Assembly: GCA_963797855.1 (NCBI GenBank) | Contig: CAWCQX010000011.1 | Location: forward strand, 91,446 to 155,445 | From: an uncultured Chloroflexia bacterium | GTDB lineage: Bacteria > Chloroflexota > Limnocylindria > QHBO01 | Direction: 5' to 3' | DNA length: 64,000 bases | Shown: one piece after another, positions 10,198-21,163 of the stretch | How positions within the stretch are numbered: the stretch's first letter is position 1 | How the letters are laid out: each line of letters begins with the position of its first letter | Made by a program: the position numbers and the translations under genes | The notes under the pieces: model-generated | Told to the model about the DNA's origin: nothing | The model's database searches: none | The model's input: only the letters and a program-made list of their open reading frames with translations

Positions 10198-10988
10198 CCT
10201 CGGTCTGGCACGAGGTCGCCGACCGGGTCTGGATTCGCCGGTACGAGGCGCTCGACCAGACGATCGGCGCGATCGGGGGCGAGGCGGGCCTCGCGGTCAT
10301 CGACACGCGGGCGAACCACCGCCTGGCCGATGAGCTCCGCGACGACCTGCGGCAGCTCCCCGGAGACCTCGTCGCGGTGGTCAACACGCACGGTCACTGG
10401 GATCACGCCTTCGGCAACGCCCGCTTCGCGCCACTCCCGATCTGGGGCCACGTCCGCTGCGCCGACTTCATCGCCGAGACCGGCGAGGCCGCCCGCGCCA
10501 GGCTCATCGAGGACTATCCCGAGGACGCGGACGCCTTCCGCGAGGTCGTGCTGACCCCGCCGACGGAGTCGTTCGAGGAATTCGCGTCGCTCGATCTCGG
10601 CGGCCGGCAGCTCGATCTGCGCTACCTCGGCCGCGGCCACACCGACAACGACATCGTCGCGGTCGTGCCCGACGCATCGGTCCTGTTCGCCGGCGACCTG
10701 CTCGAGAACGCGCCGGCGCCGGCGTTCGGTGACAGCTTCCCGATCTCGTGGCCGGAGACGGGCCTGGCCCTCCTCGCGCTCGTCGGCGGGACCGTCGTGC
10801 CCGGCCACGGCGACCCGTTCGACCGCGGCTTCGCCGAGCGGCAGGTCGCCGAGCTGGCCGAGCTTGCGGAGCTGGCGCGCGAGGCGGGGAGCGGGGCGAT
10901 CGGGCTCGACGAGGCCGTCCGTCGCTCGCCGTTCCCGGCCCACGAGACCGGACAGGCGCTCGAACGCGCCCGGCTCGAATTGGAGTGA
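10194..10988 (+). CDS. MBL-fold metallo-hydrolase
   Basis: VNTHGHWDHAFGN, GRGHTDND, FAGDL, VPGHG. Confidence 0.9.
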   Translation: MTSVWHEVADRVWIRRYEALDQTIGAIGGEAGLAVIDTRANHRLADELRDDLRQLPGDLVAVVNTHGHWDHAFGNARFAPLPIWGHVRCADFIAETGEAARARLIEDYPEDADAFREVVLTPPTESFEEFASLDLGGRQLDLRYLGRGHTDNDIVAVVPDASVLFAGDLLENAPAPAFGDSFPISWPETGLALLALVGGTVVPGHGDPFDRGFAERQVAELAELAELAREAGSGAIGLDEAVRRSPFPAHETGQALERARLELE

Positions 10989-11035
10989 GTAAACTAACTC
11001 GCTGTACTGAGTAAACCAACTCAGCGGAGTGAGTA
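10982..11035. repeat. About 2.5 copies of a 22-bp unit carrying GAGT-N6-ACTC palindromes
   Basis: GGAGTGAGTAAACTAACTCGCT / GTACTGAGTAAACCAACTCAGC / GGAGTGAGTA, an AT-rich patch ending at the ATPase start codon. Confidence 0.8.
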
Positions 11036-12253
11036 GTGAAGCTGCCGAAGGTCTACCGGCGCCCGGTCTACGACGAGATCCTCGAGCGCGCGCACGAGCC
11101 ACGGCGCTTCATCCAGGTGCTGGCCGGGCCGCGCCAGGTGGGCAAGACGACGCTCGCGCGCCAGGTCATGGACGCGATCGGCATTCCCGGGCACTTCGCC
11201 TCGGCCGATGCCCCCGATCCCGAGGACATCGGCTGGATCTACACGCAGTGGGCGATCGGCCGGCAGGCGGCGGCGAATGGCGGACGGGCGGGCGGGCTCC
11301 TCGTTCTCGACGAGGTCCAGAAGATCCGCGACTGGTCCGATGTCGTGAAGCAGCTCTGGGACGAGGACAGCGCGGGCGGCACGCCCCTGCGGGTCATGCT
11401 CCTCGGGTCCGCGCCGCTGCTGGTGCGACAGGGGCTGTCGGATTCGCTGGCCGGCCGCTTCGAGATCGTCCGGGTCACGCATTGGACGTACGGCGAGATG
11501 CGCGACGCCTTCGGCTGGGACCTCGACACCTATCTCTTCTACGGTGGCTATCCGGGTGCCGCGCCGCTCATCAAGCGCCACGACCGATGGGAGGAGTACA
11601 TCCTCGACGCGATCGTCGAGACGAACCTGTCGCGCGACATCCTCCTGCTGAACCGGGTCGAGAAGCCCGCCCTCCTGCGCCAGCTGTTTCGCCTCGCGTG
11701 CTCGTACTCGGGACAGGTGCTGAGCTACACGAAGATGCTCGGCACGCTGACCGATGCGGGCAACACCGTCACCCTGGCCCACTACCTCGAGCTCCTCGGC
11801 GGGGCGGGGATGGTGACCGGCATCGGCAAGTACTCGGGCTCGGCGGTCCGGCGCCGAGCCTCGTCGCCGAAGCTGCTGGCGCTGAACACGGCGCTGATGA
11901 CGGCGACGTCGCGGATCGGGTTCGATCGCACGAGGGCCGATCCCGAGCGGTGGGGGCGCCTGGTGGAGACGGCGGTCGGCGCGCATCTCTGGGCGCACGC
12001 CGATCCCGACGAGCTGGGCTGGTGGCGCGAGGGCAACAACGAGGTCGACTGGGTGGTCCGTCCCGGCCGGCTCATGCGCTCGCGCGACGCTCCGACGGCC
12101 ATCGAGGTGAAGACCGGTCACCCGCGCGGCGCGCGCGGGACGGTGGCGTTCACGCACACCCATCGTGGCGCGCGATCCCTGATCGTCGGCGCGGGTGGGA
12201 TTCCCGTCGAGGACTTCCTCGGCAGCCACCCGCGCGAGTGGCTCGACCAGTAG
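11036..12253 (+). CDS. AAA_14 ATPase with DUF4143 and a C-terminal PD-(D/E)xK-like domain
   Basis: GPRQVGKTT Walker A, LVLDEVQ Walker B, LLGS, SLAGRF, YGGYP, EVDWVV...AIEVKTG. Confidence 0.88.
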   Translation: MKLPKVYRRPVYDEILERAHEPRRFIQVLAGPRQVGKTTLARQVMDAIGIPGHFASADAPDPEDIGWIYTQWAIGRQAAANGGRAGGLLVLDEVQKIRDWSDVVKQLWDEDSAGGTPLRVMLLGSAPLLVRQGLSDSLAGRFEIVRVTHWTYGEMRDAFGWDLDTYLFYGGYPGAAPLIKRHDRWEEYILDAIVETNLSRDILLLNRVEKPALLRQLFRLACSYSGQVLSYTKMLGTLTDAGNTVTLAHYLELLGGAGMVTGIGKYSGSAVRRRASSPKLLALNTALMTATSRIGFDRTRADPERWGRLVETAVGAHLWAHADPDELGWWREGNNEVDWVVRPGRLMRSRDAPTAIEVKTGHPRGARGTVAFTHTHRGARSLIVGAGGIPVEDFLGSHPREWLDQ

Positions 12254-12256
12254 GCC

Positions 12257-12743
12257 TCAGCCCAGCGGCCAGATGACCTCGGTCTTCGCGTTCTCCATCG
12301 CCGACCTCGCCCGGGTCGTCGACGTAGGACTCCCACGGACCCGGACCCTCGTCTCGGCCCTGCTCGTGGATCCAGTCGTGGAGGGCGTCGTAGGTCTCCG
12401 ACAGCTTGTCGTAGGCGCCGCGGTGGATCGTGATCGCCGCCTGCCCGCCCGGCAGCTCCGAGGCGATCAGCTCGCCCGGCTCGGCCTCCTCGTACGTGCG
12501 GAAGTTCGACACGGGCAGGTCGACCGGGATGCCGATCTCGACGTCGACATGCTCCGGACCGAACTCGTGGTAGCGGCCGTACGGCGGGCCGGCCGGCTCG
12601 ACGCCCATGTCGGCCAGCCGGTGGGCGATGTTCGGCAGGTGCTCGTCGAAGAGTGCCGCGAGATCCAGCTCGCTCATCGGCTGGGTGACGCGGATCGCGG
12701 CGCTCGGTTGGGGAGTCAGCTCGCGGATCTCGGCCTCGATCAT
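12257..12743 (-). CDS. GyrI-like small-molecule-binding domain protein; frameshift near the 3' end
   Basis: [49 protein letters not shown], then KTEVIWPLG in the next frame. Confidence 0.85.
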
Positions 12744-12801
12744 GGGTGTCGACCTCATACACTTGGCGTCGTCACCCATCATCGCCGAAAAGGGAGCGGC
12801 A

Positions 12802-14511
12802 TTGACCGAGCGCGACGAACCATCGCCCCCCGAGCGAGGACGGACGGTCCACGGCGAGGCGGCCAACGCCGGCCACCGCGTCCTCGCTCCCGACGACGCC
12901 GAGGTCGAGGCGTACCTCGAGCAGGCGCTTCACGCACCGCCGCCGCAGCGGGTCGAGACCGAGGCGCCCGAGCAGCCGGAGACGGTCGCGGTGCTCGACT
13001 TCGGCAGCCAGTTCGCCCAGCTCATCGCCCGACGCGTCCGCGAGCTGAACGTCTACTCCGAGCTGCTTCCGCACGACACGCCGATGGCCGAGCTCGAGCG
13101 GCGCGGGGTGCGGGCGGTGATCCTGTCGGGCGGGCCGTCATCGGTCTATGACGAGAACGCGCCGAAGGCCGATCCGGCCCTCTGGTCCGGCCGGATCCCG
13201 GTGCTCGGCATCTGCTACGGGCTGCAGCTCATGGCCCACGAGCTCGGTGGCGAGGTCGTCCCGTCGCAGAAGCGCGAGTACGGCCCCGCGACCGTCACCG
13301 TGACCGATGCGGACGGGCTGTTCGTCGGCATCGATCGCGAGCAGCCGGTGTGGATGAGCCACGGCGACGAGATCCTGCGGCCGCCCGAGGGCTTCCGCGC
13401 CACGGCGCAGACCGATTCGTCTCCCTACGCCGGCCTCGCGGATCCCGGCCGCAACCTGTACGGCATCCAGTTCCACCCCGAGGTCGTCCACACGCCGGTC
13501 GGGCGCGAGGTCCTGCGCAACTTCGTCGTCGGCATCGCGGGGATGCGCCAGACATGGACGCCGTCGAACCTCGTCGAGACGACGGTCGCCGAGATCCGCG
13601 AGCGCGTCGGCACCGGGCACGTCATCTGCGCCCTCTCGGGCGGCGTCGACAGCGCGGTGGCCGCGACGCTCGTGCACCGCGCCATCGGCGACCAGCTGAC
13701 CTGCATCTACGTCGACCACGGCCTCATGCGCAAGCGCGAGTCGGAGCTCCTGCGGGTCACGTTCGAGCGCGACCTGGGCATGCAGCTGGTGATGGTCGAT
13801 GCCCGGGATCGGTTCCTGGCCCGCCTCGCCGGGGTCGAGGATCCCGAGGAGAAGCGGCGGATCATCGGCGACGAGTTCATCCGCGTCTTCGAGGAGGAGG
13901 CCGCGAAGCTCGGCCAGATCGACTTCCTGACCCAGGGCACGCTGTACCCCGACGTCATCGAGTCGACGACCTCCGAGACGAAGACGGCGGCCAAGATCAA
14001 GACCCACCACAACGTCGGCGGCCTGCCGGCCGACCTCCGCTTCCGCCTGATCGAGCCGCTGCGCTACCTCTTCAAGGACGAGGTGCGCAAGGTCGGCGTC
14101 GAGCTCGGGCTGCCGGAGGCGATGGTCCAGCGCCAGCCGTTCCCCGGGCCGGGGCTCGCGATCCGGATCATCGGCGAGGTGACCGCGGACCGGCTCGACA
14201 CGCTGCGCGAGGCGGACTGGATCGTCATCGACGAGATCAAGGCCGCGGGGCTGTATCGGTCCCTCTGGCAGAGCTTCGCGATCCTCACGCCGGTTCGCTC
14301 GGTCGGCGTCATGGGCGACGGGCGGACGTACGCGAACGTCGTGGCCGTGCGCGCGGTGACGAGCGACGACGGGATGACCGCGGACTGGGCGCGGCTGCCG
14401 TACGAGGTCCTCGCGAAGATCAGCAGCCGGATCGTCAACGAGGTTCCCGGCGTCAACCGCGTCGTCTACGACGTCAGCTCGAAGCCGCCCGCCACCATCG
14501 AGTGGGAGTGA
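12802..14511 (+). CDS. guaA: GMP synthase (glutamine-hydrolysing)
   Basis: [45 protein letters not shown]; TTG start after AAAAGGGAG. Confidence 0.97.
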   Translation: MTERDEPSPPERGRTVHGEAANAGHRVLAPDDAEVEAYLEQALHAPPPQRVETEAPEQPETVAVLDFGSQFAQLIARRVRELNVYSELLPHDTPMAELERRGVRAVILSGGPSSVYDENAPKADPALWSGRIPVLGICYGLQLMAHELGGEVVPSQKREYGPATVTVTDADGLFVGIDREQPVWMSHGDEILRPPEGFRATAQTDSSPYAGLADPGRNLYGIQFHPEVVHTPVGREVLRNFVVGIAGMRQTWTPSNLVETTVAEIRERVGTGHVICALSGGVDSAVAATLVHRAIGDQLTCIYVDHGLMRKRESELLRVTFERDLGMQLVMVDARDRFLARLAGVEDPEEKRRIIGDEFIRVFEEEAAKLGQIDFLTQGTLYPDVIESTTSETKTAAKIKTHHNVGGLPADLRFRLIEPLRYLFKDEVRKVGVELGLPEAMVQRQPFPGPGLAIRIIGEVTADRLDTLREADWIVIDEIKAAGLYRSLWQSFAILTPVRSVGVMGDGRTYANVVAVRAVTSDDGMTADWARLPYEVLAKISSRIVNEVPGVNRVVYDVSSKPPATIEWE

Positions 14512-14563
14512 TCAGGGCGCCATCCGGTAGATCGCGAGCGCGAGCCCGGCGTAGGATCGACCG

Positions 14564-15429
14564 ATGCGGATCGTGTCCCTTCTGCCGTCCGCGACGGAGA
14601 TCGTGTTCGCCCTCGGCCTCGACGACAGCTGCTCGGGGTGACCGATGAGTGCGACTGGCCGGTGGCCGCCCGCGACAAGCGCGTCGTGGTCCGATCGCGC
14701 CAGCCGTCGGGGATGACGCCGGGCGAGATCGACGACTGGGTCCGGGCCGAGGCGCCGAACGGCGGGCTCTACCGGCTCGATGACGCGGCGATCGCCGCGA
14801 TCTCGCCGGAGCTGCTCCTCACCCAGGACCTGTGCCGGGTCTGCGCCGTGCCGACCGGCGACGTCGACGCGGCGCTGGCGCGCATCGGCTGCCCGGCGAC
14901 GGTCGTCACGCTCGAGCCCCAGCGGCTCGACGAGGTGATCGCGTCGGTCGGCGACGTGGCCGATGCCGCGGGCGAGCCCGATCGTGGGCGCCGGCTGGTG
15001 GCCGACCTGGAGCGGCGCCTCGACGCCGTTCGCGATGCGGTCCGGGCCGCCCGACGGTGCCGACGCTCGTGCTCGAGTGGCTGGACCCGCCGTTCACCGC
15101 CGGCCACTGGGTCCCGGACGTCATCGCCGCGGCCGGCGGCGAGCCGCTGCTCGGCGATCCCGGCGGGCGATCGACGGCCTCGAGCTGGGACGAGGTGCTG
15201 CGCACCGATCCGGAGGTCGTCGTCCTCGCCCCGTGTGGGACGCCATCGGTCGACGCCCTGGCGCAGGCCGACGAGCTCGTGCCTGCCGAGCTCCTGCGCC
15301 GCCGGGTCGTCGCGGTCGACCTCGCCCGACCGGGCCCGCGGCTCGTCGACTGCGTGGAGGCGCTCGCCTGCGGTCCTGCATCCCGGCGCCGGCCTGCCGC
15401 CTCGACCCGAGATCGTCCTCGCTCGCTGA
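14564..15429 (+). CDS. BtuF-like periplasmic-binding (cobalamin/metal ABC substrate-binding) protein; several frameshifts
   Basis: MRIVSLLPSATEIVFALG, GVTDECDWP, TQDLCRVCAV, LEWLDPPFTAGHWVP, ARPGPRLVD. Confidence 0.82.
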
Positions 15430-15473
15430 CGGCCCGAACGCGCTCCGGCCCGCCAGACGCTAGCATCCGGGGA

Positions 15474-16025
15474 GTGCTGAGACACCTTTCGGCCGTCGCC
15501 GTCGGCGCGATCCTGCTCGTCGCACTGGCGGCGTGCACCGTGACCCGGGTCGAGGAGACGAGATCCGGCCGCGGTTCCAAGCGGTGAGCCGGTCGCGCAG
15601 GGAGGGGAGCCGACCGGGCCCGTCACGCTGCTCGGCAGCGGAGAATCCTTCGAGCTCGGCTGGCGCTACGTCATCTACGAGTCCGCGGATGGGTGGTGCA
15701 CGGAGCTGCAGATGGCCGAGCGCACCTCGACCAGCTGCGGGCCCGACCTGCTGCCCGCGGAGGGCGACTCCATCGGCTCCGCGGGAGCCCTCGATCCGCT
15801 CGAGAGCGGCATCACTCCGGTGGAGGGGGTCGTCACGAACGACATCGTGACGGTCTGGATCATCGACGAGGAGCGGGGCCGAGTCCCCGCCCCGCTCATG
15901 CCGCTCGATGACGCGGGCCTCGAGGGCCAGGCCTTCCTCGGCTTCATGCCGGCGGACGGACGCCGACCCACATCCAGGCCCTGGCGATGAGCGGCGAGAT
16001 CCTCCAGACGTACGAGCTGCCCTGA
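15474..16025 (+). CDS. Hypothetical lipoprotein; frameshifted
   Basis: Hydrophobic N-terminus with LAAC lipobox; TAGCAT 7 nt upstream; stop overlaps the next ATG. Confidence 0.55.
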
Positions 16026-19004
16026 TGTCGGGGTGGTTCGACAAGCTGCTCGAGGAGCTCCAGCGTCGCCAGGCGGAGGAGGACGCGCGGCGCGAGGGCC
16101 GGCCGATCGAGCGCAACGTCACCCCGATCGACGAGGGCCGGCGCGCGTCCTCGCGTCGCGGGAGCAATGGCGGGAACGGCCATGGTGGCGGGCCCCCGGT
16201 CGCGCGGCCGATCTTCGGGAGCGGCACGCCATGGCGACGGTGGGTGCTCATCGGCGGCGGGATCGTCGCGGCGATCATCGTCCTCGGCCTGCTGGGCGGT
16301 GTGGTCAACCTGATCACCGACGTCATGTGGTACGACGCGCTCGATCGGCGCGACGTCCTCCAGACGCGCCTCTGGGCGCAGATCGCGCTGTTCGGGATCG
16401 GCTTCTTCGCGATGCTCGTGCCGGTGCTGGTCAGCGTCTGGCTCGCGCGACGGATCGCGCCGCAGTCGCCGGTGCGCCGCCTCGGGGACTGGGAGCTTCC
16501 GGACATCTCGAGGCTCGTCGGCCTGGCGCTGGTGGCGATCGCCGTGCTGCTCGCGCTCGGCAGCGGTGCCGCCTGGAGCGGCGCCTGGGAGACGATCCTC
16601 CTCTTCTTCAATGGCGAGGCGTGGGGCACCACCGACCCGACCCTCGGTCGAGACATCGGCTTCTACGTCTTCGACCTGCCCTTCTGGCGCTTCGTGCTCG
16701 GCTGGGCCTCGACGGCGCTGATCATCGTCGGCGTGCTGACGCTGGCGGCTTATGCCGCCCGCGCGCTGCGCTGGCAGTTCCACCTCTCGGCGCCCGTCCG
16801 GGGGCACCTGTCGGTCATCGGCGCGCTCCTGCTGGTGGTCATCGCCGCCGGCTACCAGCTCGACATCGCGGAGCTGGCGTACTCGACTCGCGGGTGGGAC
16901 GGCAACGTCCAGGCCGCGCTGTACACGGACATGAACGCGCAATACCCGGCCTACGTGATCCTCACCGTCGTCGCCCTCGTCTCGGCCGGGCTCCTGCTCC
17001 TGAACACCTGGTTCCGCACGCTCTGGCTGCTCGGGCTCGCCGCCGGCGCCTGGTTCGTGCTCTCGATCGTCGTCGGCGGCCTCTATCCGGGCTTCGTCCA
17101 GCGCTTCCAGGTCGAGCCGAACGAGCTGACCGTCGAGCGGCCCTACATCCGGAACCACATGGAGGCGACGCGCGACGGCGTTCGACCTCGACGCGATCGA
17201 GACGCGCCCCTTCACCGGTGAGCAGGAGCTCTCCCGCCGAGGTCTTCAGCGAGGACCAGCCGACGATCGACAACCTGCGGCTGTGGGACTACCGGCCGCT
17301 GCTGACGACGTTCGGGCAGCAGCAGAACCTCCGCCGCTACTACCGCTTCGCCGACGTCGACATCGACCGCTACCAGATCGAGGACGAGCAGCGCGAGATC
17401 ATGCTGTCCGCGCGCGAGCTGGACGTCGAGCTGTTCGGCCCGAACCGCACCTGGACCCAGGAGAAGCTCGTCTACACCCACGGCTACGGGATCACGGCCG
17501 TCCCGGTCGACGCGGTCACGCCGGCCGGCACGCCCGACTACCTCGTCAGCGGCATCAACCGCGAGCCGCGGCTGCCGATCACCGAGCCTCGCATCTACTT
17601 CGGCGAGGAGACCGATACGTACGTCGTGACCTCGACGACGACCGCCGAGTTCGACTACCCGCTCGACACCGATGCGAGCGGCGAGGCCGGCACGAACACC
17701 GTCTGGGAGGGGACGACCGGCGTCGACATCGGCAACCCGATCAACCGCCTCCTCTTCGCCCTGAGGTTCGGCGACTTCAACCTGCTCATCAGCGGCCAGC
17801 TGACCGACGACTCGCAGATCCTCTTCCGCCGGGACATCGAGGAGCGGGTGCGCGAGATCGCCCCATTCCTCGCCTACGACCACGATCCGTATCTCGTCAG
17901 CTCCGAGGGCCGCCTCGTCTGGGTCTGGGACGCCTACACCGTCACCGATCGCTACCCGAACGCGCAGCCGCTCGGCGCAGGACAGCCGGTTCGCCGGGGC
18001 GAACTACGTGCGCAACAGCGTCAAGGTCGTCGTGGACGCCTACAACGGGACGGTCCGCTTCTTCCTGGCCGATCCCGACGAGCCGATCGTCGCCGCCTAC
18101 GCCCGCATCTTCCCGGACCTCTTCGAGCCGCTCGACGCGATGCCGGAGGAGCTTCAGGCCCACCTCCGCTATCCCGAGGACCTGTTCGTGGCGCAGAACC
18201 AGGCGTTCCGGCTCTACCACCTGCCGGCGACCGACGGCGGGGCGTCGACGTTCTACAACCAGGACGACCGGTGGGCGATCCCGGAGGACGTGACCGCCGG
18301 CGGCGATCAGCCGATGGAGCCGTACTACGTGATCATGCGCGTCCCCGGCGAGGACGCCGCGGAGTTCGTGCTGATCCAGCCGATGGTGCCGGAGGGGCGG
18401 CCGAACATGATCGCCTGGGTCGCGGCGCGCATGGATCCGGGCGTCTACGGCGAGAAGATCGCCTTCCAGTTCCCGACCGGCACGACGACCCAGGGACCGG
18501 TCCAGATCGAGGCGCGCATCAACGCCGACGACGCGATCAGCGAGCAGTTCACGCTCTGGTCGAACGCCGGGTCGCAGGTCGTCCGCGGCAACCTGCTGGT
18601 GCTGCCGATCGGCGAGGACGCGCTGCTGTACGTCGAGCCGATCTTCCTCCAGGCCCAGGGCGCGCCGTTCCCCGAGTTCGTGCGCGTGATCATGGCCGAC
18701 CAGAATCGGGTCGCCTTCGCCGAGACCGTCGAGGAGGGGCTGGCGCAGCTGCTCGGCGAGGCCGAGCCACCGCCGCCCGAGGAGCCCGGACCGTCGCCGT
18801 CGCCGGGCGAGTCGCCCGAGCCGTCGCCATCGCCGACACCCGGCGAGCTGCCCGCCGACTTCGACGGCCTCGTCGCGGAGGCGCAGCGTCTGTACGCCGA
18901 GGCGCAGGACGCGCTGGCGGACGGCGACCTCGGCACGTACCAGGAGCGAATCGACGAGCTGGCCGCGGTGCTCGATGCCCTGGCCGCGCTCGGCAATCCC
19001 GTAG
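16025..19004 (+). CDS. UPF0182 family membrane protein; several frameshifts
   Basis: DPTLGRDIGFYVFDLPF, VEPNEL..ERPYI, NLRLWDYRPL, YTHGYG, PRIYFGE, NYVRNSVK.VVDAY.G, HLRYPEDLF, RGNLLVLP, YVEPIF. Confidence 0.93.
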
Positions 19005-20309
19005 TGGACGTCCTCGTCCTCGGCTCCGGGGCGCGCGAGCACGCGCTCGCGTGGCGGCTGGCCCGCGACGAGGGCGTGCGGCTCGTCCGAATGGCGCCGG
19101 GCAACGGCGGGACGCGCGGCGGTCGGCGAGAACGTCGACCTCGACCCCGCCGATCCCCGCGCGGTCGCCCGCCACGCGGCGCGCGAGCGCTACGGCCTCG
19201 TCGTCATCGGTCCCGAGGCGCCGCTTGCGGCCGGGGTGGCCGACGAGCTGGCTGGCACGCGCATTCCCGCCTTCGGGCCGACGCGGGCGGCGGCGCGCCT
19301 GGAGTCGAGCAAGGCCTTCGCGAAGCGCCAGATGGAGCGGGCCGGCGTCCCGACCGCGGATCGGGTCACGATCACCGATCCGGACGCCGCCGCCGCGCAC
19401 CTGCGCTCATTCGATCGACCGCCCGTCGTGAAGGCCGACTGGCTGGCCGCCGGCAAGGGCGTCGTCGTGCCCGAGACGAACGAGGACGCCGAGGCCGCGG
19501 TCCGCGAGCTGTTCGCGGCGGCGCGGGCCGGGGCCCGCGTCGTGCTCGAGGAGCGCCTCGAGGGGATCGAGGTCAGCGCCTTCGCCCTCGTCAGTGACGC
19601 GACCGTCGTGCCGCTGGCGGCGGCGTGCGACTACAAGCGGCTCGGCGACGGGGACGTCGGTCCGAACACCGGCGGCATGGGCGCCTTCGCCCCGGTGCCG
19701 TGGTTCGGCAGCGACGCGCTCGAGCGCGCGGCGGCCGAGGTCTTCGAGCCGATCGCCTGGCGGATGGCGCGCGACGGGACCCCGTACCGCGGCGTGCTGT
19801 ACGCCGGCCTGATGCTCACCGACGACGGCCCGATGGTCCTCGAGTTCAACGCCCGCTTCGGCGATCCCGAGGCCCAGGTCCTCCTGCCGCTGCTCGATGG
19901 CGAGCTCTCCGCGGCACTCCTCGGCACGGCGATCGGCGACCGCGCGCTGATGGAGGGGTCGCGTGCGGCGCGATCGAGGCGCGGCGGTCGGCGTGGTCGT
20001 GGCGTCGGAGGGCTATCCGGAAGCGCCGGTCACCGGCAGGCGGATCGAGGGCGCGGAGCCGTCCGCCCCGGCCGACGACGGCGACGTCCTCGTCTTCCAT
20101 GGGGGCACGCGCGGAGTGGCCGACGGCTCTTCGAGACGACCGGGGGCCGAGTGGTCACGATCGTCGGCCGCGGCGCGACGCTCGCCGATGCTCGCGCGGC
20201 CGCGTACCGCGGCGTGGAGGAGGTTCGGCTGGAGGGCGGCCGCTATCGGACCGACGTCGGCGAGCTACATGTCGACGATCGGACGGATCTCCGCGACGAG
20301 GCCGGGTGA
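19004..20309 (+). CDS. purD: Phosphoribosylamine-glycine ligase; frameshifts
   Basis: VLVLGSGAREHALAW, IGPEAPL, ARLESSKAFAK, VVKADWLAAGKGV, GPNTGGMGA, LEFNARFGDPE. Confidence 0.94.
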
Positions 20310-20610
20310 CCGCGGCACCGGACGAACGAGCTCGGCGGCCTCCTCGATGGACCCGGCCTCCAGGACGTAGAAGCCGCCGAGCGCCTCCTTCGTCTCGAGG
20401 AACGGGCCATCGGTGACGATCATCCGTTCGCCGTCGAACCGGAGCGTGCGGCCGGTCTCGGGCGGGGCGAGCGCCTCGCCGATGACGTGCGCGCCGCGCT
20501 CGCGAGGTGTCGGCGGAACGCGAGGTGCTCGTCGACGATCGCCCGGCGTTCGTCATCGGTCATGGCCGCTTCGGCGGCGGCGTCGCCGTAGATCAGAGCA
20601 GGAACTTCAT
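20265..20610 (-). CDS. YciI family (DGPF) protein; frameshifts
   Basis: MKFLL.IYG at the start; VTDGPFLETKEALGGFYVLEA...EIRPIV read manually. Confidence 0.8.
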
Positions 20611-20676
20611 GGGGCGCATGTTCCCATGTCCTGGCATCCGACGACAACGCCGTGTCCCGGTATCCTTTCGGCACCG

Positions 20677-21163
20677 ATGCCGACCGTCGCCGTCATCTGC
20701 GGCTCCCGCTCCGACCTTCCCGTCCTGAAGGGCTGCTTCGACGTTCTCGACTCGTACGGGATCGCCTGGGAGGCATCGGTCATCAGCGCCCATCGCCAGG
20801 CCGATGCGCTCCATGCCTACGTCGCGCAGGCCGAGGCCGGCGGCGTGCGGCTGTTCATCGGCGCGGCCGGCCTGGCCGCGCACCTGCCGGGCGTGCTGGC
20901 GTCGCTGACGGCGAGGCCGGTGATCGGGATCCCGCTCGACGGTGGAGCGCTCGGCGGAGCCGATGCGCTCTACGCCGTCGTGCAGATGCCGCCCGGGGTC
21001 CCGGTGGCGACCGTCGCGATCGGGAGCGCCGGCGCGAAGAACGCCGGGACACCTCGCCGCCCGGATCCTCGCCCTCTCCGATGACGCGGTGGCCGAGCGA
21101 GTCCGCGCGTTCCGCGACGAGCAGGCCGGCAAGGCCGAGCTGCGGGTCGACCCGCGGACATGA
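20677..21163 (+). CDS. purE: N5-CAIR mutase (class I PurE); frameshift near 21047
   Basis: ICGSRSD, ISAHR, AGLAAHLPG, PVIGIP, VQMPPGVPVATV. Confidence 0.95.

Noticed and set aside
8205-10988. 927-aa ORF suggesting a GNAT-AlkZ-MBL fusion
   Set aside because: Chimera of four separate frameshifted genes; the intervening translation is Arg/Gly-rich off-frame sequence
10982-11035. CRISPR array or guaA-type att-site interpretation of the repeats (GGAGTGA also ends guaA)
   Set aside because: No unique spacers or cas genes, the 7-bp match to guaA is too short, and no integrase is present; kept as an operator-like repeat
18770-18850. CCGTCG-type short repeats
   Set aside because: They encode an ordinary Pro/Ser/Glu linker in UPF0182
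18008-19597. Apparent in-frame UPF0182-PurD fusion
   Set aside because: A TAG overlapping the purD GTG (19002-19006) is one base out of frame, consistent with an indel error in the preceding C run
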